Source: a virus
Length of the DNA stretch: 64,000 bases
Direction: 5' to 3' (one strand)
IMG/VR virus record: IMGVR_UViG_3300017917_002918
Span: 1 to 64,000 of that record
Shown one piece after another: positions 59,194-64,000 of this stretch. A program made the translations under genes and the position numbers. Below the pieces are notes generated by a model that did no database searches, was not told the origin of the DNA, and saw only the letters and a program-made list of their open reading frames with translations. The first letter of the stretch is position 1; the number at the start of each line of letters is the position of its first letter.

Positions 59194-59843
59194 AATTTAG
59201 TTATCTCCAATCCAATTAACTCCGTAAAATACGGTAATTTTATAATCCAATCACAAACTTTGTGCCATTCAGGTAATTGATGATTTTTGCGTTGGTGATA
59301 TATGTTTAGCAATTGCTGATAGTTTGTATTTATTGTTCGTCTTTGTAAGAAAGATTCAGGTAAGTTCTTTTTTAGTTCGATTTTATGAGCAATTCTATCT
59401 TCTCGATTTGTAGCTGACTTGTATGCGTTTAAGACTAAGTTCAAGTCGCACAATGTCGATTGAAAGATATTACTCTCGAACATATCTTGAGTAATTTCCT
59501 CATTTCTCATTAAAGTGTGCATCGTAGAACAAGAAATTTTTTCCAAATGTTTGTACGTATCCATTTCAGCCCATATATATCTCGGTAGTACTAAATCTAC
59601 CCAAACTTGAATCATTCTCAAATGTTTGCAATGTTCTGAGCCTGCTTTTGTTAATTTTTGCGATAATTTTCGATCTGCTTCACCTAAAGCAAATCCCTCA
59701 ATATTAATATTCTTACTTAAAGTATTATGAGTACAAAAATCTTTATTTATACTATCACTTTTACTCCAACTGTCCATTGGATTCCTACATGCCCTCAATG
59801 ACGCTTCAAATCCAAATACCTGCGTATGCTCAATTTTCATCAT
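59190..59843 (-). CDS. ThyX-like phage protein
   Basis: H.KHLR...PRY.W.E.DTY...SCSTMH...LP..F..R....NY..L.NIY.QR..H.LPEW. Confidence 0.6.
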   Translation of the reverse strand: MMKIEHTQVFGFEASLRACRNPMDSWSKSDSINKDFCTHNTLSKNINIEGFALGEADRKLSQKLTKAGSEHCKHLRMIQVWVDLVLPRYIWAEMDTYKHLEKISCSTMHTLMRNEEITQDMFESNIFQSTLCDLNLVLNAYKSATNREDRIAHKIELKKNLPESFLQRRTINTNYQQLLNIYHQRKNHQLPEWHKVCDWIIKLPYFTELIGLEITKL

Positions 59844-60183
59844 TGTCCTCCGATTCTACATATTCGCTATTCCAACAATGATCACAACTATGTGTCTCAT
59901 CACATCTATTTTTTACACCAAAAATTTCTCTTAGACAATAATCATCAATAACGAGTTCCATATTACACTTTGGAAATTTCTCTTTAAACACACTTGCATA
60001 AGTTTTGACAGGATTTTTTTTTGCCCATTTTTCAACTATAGCAACAGCTTCTTTTGTGTGATTTTCCATAAGTTCCATGCACACAATACCATATGCATTG
60101 TTAGTACGTTCCATCTTACAATCACTACAAATTACATTTTTACACATTCTCTGCCTAGTTTTTACATATTCAACAGCATCCAT
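59830..60183 (-). CDS. Cys-rich hypothetical protein
   Basis: C..C pairs; co-oriented in the operon. Confidence 0.5.
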   Translation of the reverse strand: MDAVEYVKTRQRMCKNVICSDCKMERTNNAYGIVCMELMENHTKEAVAIVEKWAKKNPVKTYASVFKEKFPKCNMELVIDDYCLREIFGVKNRCDETHSCDHCWNSEYVESEDNDEN

Positions 60184-60358
60184 TTTAACTTCTCCTTTAT
60201 ATTCATATTTTAATTTATATTATTGCTCTTTCAATAACTCTTGTTTAGCCAGCTCTAACTCTAACTTAGTTATCCTATTCATTAACGCAACAATAACTTT
60301 GTCTTGTTCCTCGATTTGTTTGTTCGCAATTTCTAGCTTCTGCGTTACCGTCACATTA

Positions 60359-60727
60359 TCACTCCTTTACCACCTCGATCATACCAACCAAATTCTTATA
60401 TGGTATTATATTAAATCCAAATTCTTCACCACTAATCACTATATGATTAGCAGGAGAAAAGTTTTGCATGTATCCTTGAATCATTTTTACAGTATGTATC
60501 ATTATTTCACCACTTGGACTCATTGGATGATACCAAAGAACAAACTCTCTGCCATCTAAACTATGGAATTTGGTCTGTTTTAATTTGTCCTTATTTAACT
60601 TAGTATCTTTACTTTGCTCAGTAGTATTAGTTTTACCCGTCATAAGCAAATCTACATCAGCAACATAATCAGTCACTAACCTACTTAGTTCCTTTTCCAA
60701 AAGCGACATTATTTTTTCGTTGTCCAT
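60359..60727 (-). CDS. Hypothetical protein
   Basis: RBS AAGGAG; co-oriented. Confidence 0.5.
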   Translation of the reverse strand: MDNEKIMSLLEKELSRLVTDYVADVDLLMTGKTNTTEQSKDTKLNKDKLKQTKFHSLDGREFVLWYHPMSPSGEIMIHTVKMIQGYMQNFSPANHIVISGEEFGFNIIPYKNLVGMIEVVKE

Positions 60728-60770
60728 AATTTACACTCCTTTAATTGTATTTTGATTTCAAACATGTTTC

Positions 60771-61019
60771 TTATTTATCACAATAACTTATAGTAATCTC
60801 AACATTACTTCCATAAATTTCTGTGAATGTAACTTGACCAGCGAACACGATATAGTCTCTCCCACTAATCAACTTCCTGTTAAACTCAAACCACAGCCAC
60901 TTATAATGTTTTTTGCCAAGCCAATAGTATCTAGGTGATGATGTCGTTGTCTGATTGATGCTTCCATCACAATAATACTGTGTTAACTCGATACTGCACA
61001 ATTTCGGTATCAGATTCAT
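60771..61019 (-). CDS. Hypothetical protein
   Basis: RBS AAAGGAG downstream of a consensus promoter. Confidence 0.5.
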   Translation of the reverse strand: MNLIPKLCSIELTQYYCDGSINQTTTSSPRYYWLGKKHYKWLWFEFNRKLISGRDYIVFAGQVTFTEIYGSNVEITISYCDK

Positions 61020-61103
61020 AAATTCTCCTTTACTAAAACAAACGAACGTTATAATTTAATTATATCATGCATTTAATAATTGTCAAACTGTAGTCATATC
61101 ATG

Positions 61104-62015
61104 TCATTTGGGCAGAAAACCTCGCATTTGAAATATCGCCAAATCTTTTTCTTTGGCTTCAACCATTATATCAACATCATTTACGTACCTACCAGATAAC
61201 ATTATCAATCCTATTGCATATACTATATCATCATAGGTGATATAATCAGCATGACTCCTGTCATCCACCTTGCCCTTACCACTTGACATATGAATTTTTG
61301 GCTTCTTACTACCCCATGTGTCAAAAATCATATCAACGTATTCTTCTATGACATATCCACCAGTGTTACACCTATGATGGTGAACATCTAGCACCATTGG
61401 TATATTTAACTTTTGACAAAGTGTTAAAACATCTACAATATTAAAACTCTTATCATCATTCTCCAAATGAATCTTATTTTGAATTTGTTTTGGTAGTCTG
61501 TAAAAGCTTTCTTCAAATCTTAACATAGCTAAAGACTTATCTCCATATGCACCACCAACATGAAGCAATATAGTATCAAATCCCAATAGCTCACACAAAG
61601 TATTATGATATACTAAATCTTTTAAACTACTTTGAAACACTTCTTCTCGTGGTGAGTTAATAAGTGTGAATTGGTCAGGATGAGTACTACAACGAATATT
61701 GCTTGCACTAATATATGACTTAATTTTACCACACAATTCTAACACATCACTATCATTTGCCCAGTCCCATTCAGTTTGTAATGTCGCTAATGGAATCAAA
61801 TCTGAACTAAAGCGATATACATTAATGTTATTGCTTACGCAAAACTCCAGTATCTTGTATGTATTAGATAGGTTAGTAAGAGTGCGACTTTTTAACTCTT
61901 TAATGGCATTGGTGGGATCTTGTGACAATAGTTTAAGATATTGTGTCCTCGTCATTGTACGAAACGAGCCATCCTTACCTAATGTTTTACTCATACAGCA
62001 TAAACCAAAATTCAT
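61104..62015 (-). CDS. uvsE: UV damage endonuclease UvsE/UVDE
   Basis: YRFSS.L.P, HPDQF, HVGG.YG.K, LENDD, D.HHH, K.H.S, SHADY and EAKEK motifs. Confidence 0.93.
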   Translation of the reverse strand: MNFGLCCMSKTLGKDGSFRTMTRTQYLKLLSQDPTNAIKELKSRTLTNLSNTYKILEFCVSNNINVYRFSSDLIPLATLQTEWDWANDSDVLELCGKIKSYISASNIRCSTHPDQFTLINSPREEVFQSSLKDLVYHNTLCELLGFDTILLHVGGAYGDKSLAMLRFEESFYRLPKQIQNKIHLENDDKSFNIVDVLTLCQKLNIPMVLDVHHHRCNTGGYVIEEYVDMIFDTWGSKKPKIHMSSGKGKVDDRSHADYITYDDIVYAIGLIMLSGRYVNDVDIMVEAKEKDLAIFQMRGFLPK

Positions 62016-62167
62016 AGAACCAACTCCTTGTTATTTAATATAATAATAGTATAACATCTTAATGTAAATAATGCAATACTAATTATCATAATTTAATTAC
62101 AAGGAGCTGTTTTATGTTATTAAGGTTAATGTATACAACAAGTATCCATGTTTATAAAATTCTCGTT

Positions 62168-62299
62168 TTAGGCAAACAAAGCGGGGATTAAGAATGCCCA
62201 CAAACAAGTGGCATCTTTTGTTATAAACAGAGCAACTAAAATGACTATTCCTGTCACAAGCCACACCACAGCTTCATTATAATTATTTCTTAAACTCAT
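62168..62299 (-). CDS. Small membrane protein (43 aa)
   Basis: MSLRNNYNEAVVWLVTGIVILVALFITKDATCLWAFLIPALFA; RBS AGGAAGGAG. Confidence 0.55.
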   Translation of the reverse strand: MSLRNNYNEAVVWLVTGIVILVALFITKDATCLWAFLIPALFA

Positions 62300-62423
62300 A
62301 AAAACACTCCTTCCTTTCACACAAAAGTTTGAATTTATCACAATTTGTGATTACTATAAACCTTGATACAAGCCAACTATGAAAAATCAAAAAATTGACC
62401 TGTATCACAACTTTAGCCTAAAA

Positions 62424-62837
62424 TTATTTCAACATTGCTTCAATCTCGTCAATTTCTAACTCAATTTTCTTCTCATTTGATAACATCTGGCTTAATTTAT
62501 CTTCCATGAGTTTCAACTTTTTCTCTTCTTCTTTCCTTGATAAAACTTCTAGTTTAGCCTTAATATCTTCAATCCAAAGGTTAATGTTGTACCCACTAAT
62601 TTTCCATTCTTCTAGTAATCCTAATTCTGTTGCAGAGTTTTTGTATCCAGTTAATACGACTAAGATAAGAATAAGTTGATCCTTTGTCAATGTGTTTATA
62701 TTATGACTCTCACCACTTAGAATAAGCATACAGTTTGTTATAGGTGTAAATCTTTTGATTCCATCAATCTTTTCTCTCTTTTCACTAATTTGCTTCTTTA
62801 ACAATAGTATCTTTTCATCATTTTTAATATTTGACAT
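62424..62837 (-). CDS. Hypothetical coiled-coil phage protein
   Basis: RBS GGAGG; coupled to the upstream gene. Confidence 0.55.
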   Translation of the reverse strand: MSNIKNDEKILLLKKQISEKREKIDGIKRFTPITNCMLILSGESHNINTLTKDQLILILVVLTGYKNSATELGLLEEWKISGYNINLWIEDIKAKLEVLSRKEEEKKLKLMEDKLSQMLSNEKKIELEIDEIEAMLK

Positions 62838-62838
62838 T

Positions 62839-63945
62839 TTAATGTATCCTCCTATAAAATTTACCATTCGCAAGATATTCGTTTTTGTACATAGGTTTTA
62901 CTATGTTGAAAAGCTCTTCAATGGTTTCAGTTGTTTCAGTTGTTTCAGTTCCCGCACAGTAAGTACCTTTGATTTTACTTTCATATGATCTTGATTGATA
63001 GTAACTTAATTCGCACTCAATCTTCTCAAAATTGTAAAAATAAAACCATCTTCGCTTTTCAAATATTTCAACAACTTCATCTAATGTATATGGGACGTAT
63101 TCATCTTTACTTGCGTCATACGGTGAATAAGCAATATTACTCTCAAGTTTTTCAAATAATTCTGCATAATTTTCTACGCAATCTGTAGATACTACCTCTA
63201 TGAATCTATCACCCAAACCTTTAAGTTGAATAGTAGTCATATGTAATGTATCACTATAATCAGATTTGTGTTCTCTGGTGAAGTAGTGGTGTTTGCCCTT
63301 GTTCACGTTTTTACGAACACACTCAGTGGTAGTGTACGTGCGTCCTCGCCAATCTGTTCTGTTACAAGGTACATATTCATATTCATTCTTATAATAATCA
63401 AATCTACCCATATAAATCCATTCATCATTGTTTTTTGCTCTGTAAGTTGCTCCGATAATTAAATCCTTTGCTTTGATTGTGTTTCTTTCATGCAGGATTT
63501 CATTATATTTACTAATTGCTTGATAGTCTGGGGATTCCACTGGTACTAAAACTAAATCCTTATTGCTCCACGCATAGATGAAATCGCCTTCTAGACCCTT
63601 ACCTTTAGTTGATGTGGCATTTTCTAGAACATACAATAGATTCTCAATTGTAATTTCAAACTCAAATCCTCTGGGATCGTATACTCTTACATAAGCTTGC
63701 CTATGATTCCAGTCTGAAACATAATCACCAACTTTCTTGTTTAACACAAATCCTGAAGTTGGCACATTGTCAAACTCTTGAGGTTCGATCTTCTCATCCC
63801 TCCAACTTTCCCATGATTTCTCTTTACGTAACTTACCTTTTTCATCAAAGTATATTATGTATGCTAATTGCTTAGTGTATGTATCACTTCTGTTTTGGAA
63901 GCCTACTTTAATCTTCTTTGGCACAAAAATATTTGTATTCATCAT
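62839..63945 (-). CDS. Hypothetical phage protein
   Basis: 368 aa ORF with RBS; no recognisable catalytic motif. Confidence 0.65.
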   Translation of the reverse strand: MMNTNIFVPKKIKVGFQNRSDTYTKQLAYIIYFDEKGKLRKEKSWESWRDEKIEPQEFDNVPTSGFVLNKKVGDYVSDWNHRQAYVRVYDPRGFEFEITIENLLYVLENATSTKGKGLEGDFIYAWSNKDLVLVPVESPDYQAISKYNEILHERNTIKAKDLIIGATYRAKNNDEWIYMGRFDYYKNEYEYVPCNRTDWRGRTYTTTECVRKNVNKGKHHYFTREHKSDYSDTLHMTTIQLKGLGDRFIEVVSTDCVENYAELFEKLESNIAYSPYDASKDEYVPYTLDEVVEIFEKRRWFYFYNFEKIECELSYYQSRSYESKIKGTYCAGTETTETTETIEELFNIVKPMYKNEYLANGKFYRRIH

Positions 63946-64000
63946 TAATCCTTTCTTAACTTTAATAATTTGTAATTAACACTTCTTGCTCACTCCCGCT

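Noticed and set aside
62925-62950. TTTCAGTTG x3 tandem repeat
   Set aside because: In-frame 9-bp slippage encoding TET repeats; no further structure
75-63462. Numerous short antisense ORFs in the six-frame track (e.g. 1571-1999, 2900-3484, 11797-12390, 56806-57306)
   Set aside because: They are shadow frames overlapping well-supported genes, without RBS or recognisable motifs
1-64000. tRNA or rRNA genes
   Set aside because: No cloverleaf or rRNA-like sequence was recognised by eye; tRNAscan-SE would be needed to exclude them fully

Overview
This AT-rich window is part of a large temperate siphovirus of a low-GC Firmicute. Its gene order resembles SPbeta/c-st-like phages, and it is probably maintained as a plasmid prophage. 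The left arm (+ strand, 1-33.6 kb) holds tail and baseplate genes, a BRO/GIY-YIG/primase-like insert, a tailspike and lysis genes. The centre (33.6-39.0 kb) is a plasmid-maintenance block: ParA and its partner, a putative Rep with three 21-bp iterons, an HTH protein with a candidate antisense RNA, and a Xer-like recombinase. The right arm (- strand, 39-64 kb) holds replication and nucleotide-metabolism genes: UvsE, ThyX-like, Sak4, DnaB, DnaG, family-B polymerase, RecD2, NrdJ, dUTPase and RusA. Main observations: (1) The tape measure gene (~2365 aa spliced) is split by three related group I introns. The third carries a nested IStron (second ribozyme, RHH gene, TnpB) inserted between P8 and J8/7 of its catalytic core. 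(2) An exported moron protein just downstream ends in a segment similar to the tape measure C-terminal region. (3) A transposase-less IS605-type TnpB element with cargo genes interrupts a tail gene. (4) NrdJ has an intein at one catalytic Cys and a group I intron in the codon of another. (5) The polymerase appears to be PolB with a DnaE-like C-terminal tail. (6) A 14-bp motif occurs at least 18 times, always oriented with transcription. All assignments come from manual motif and base-pairing inspection; no database searches were run.
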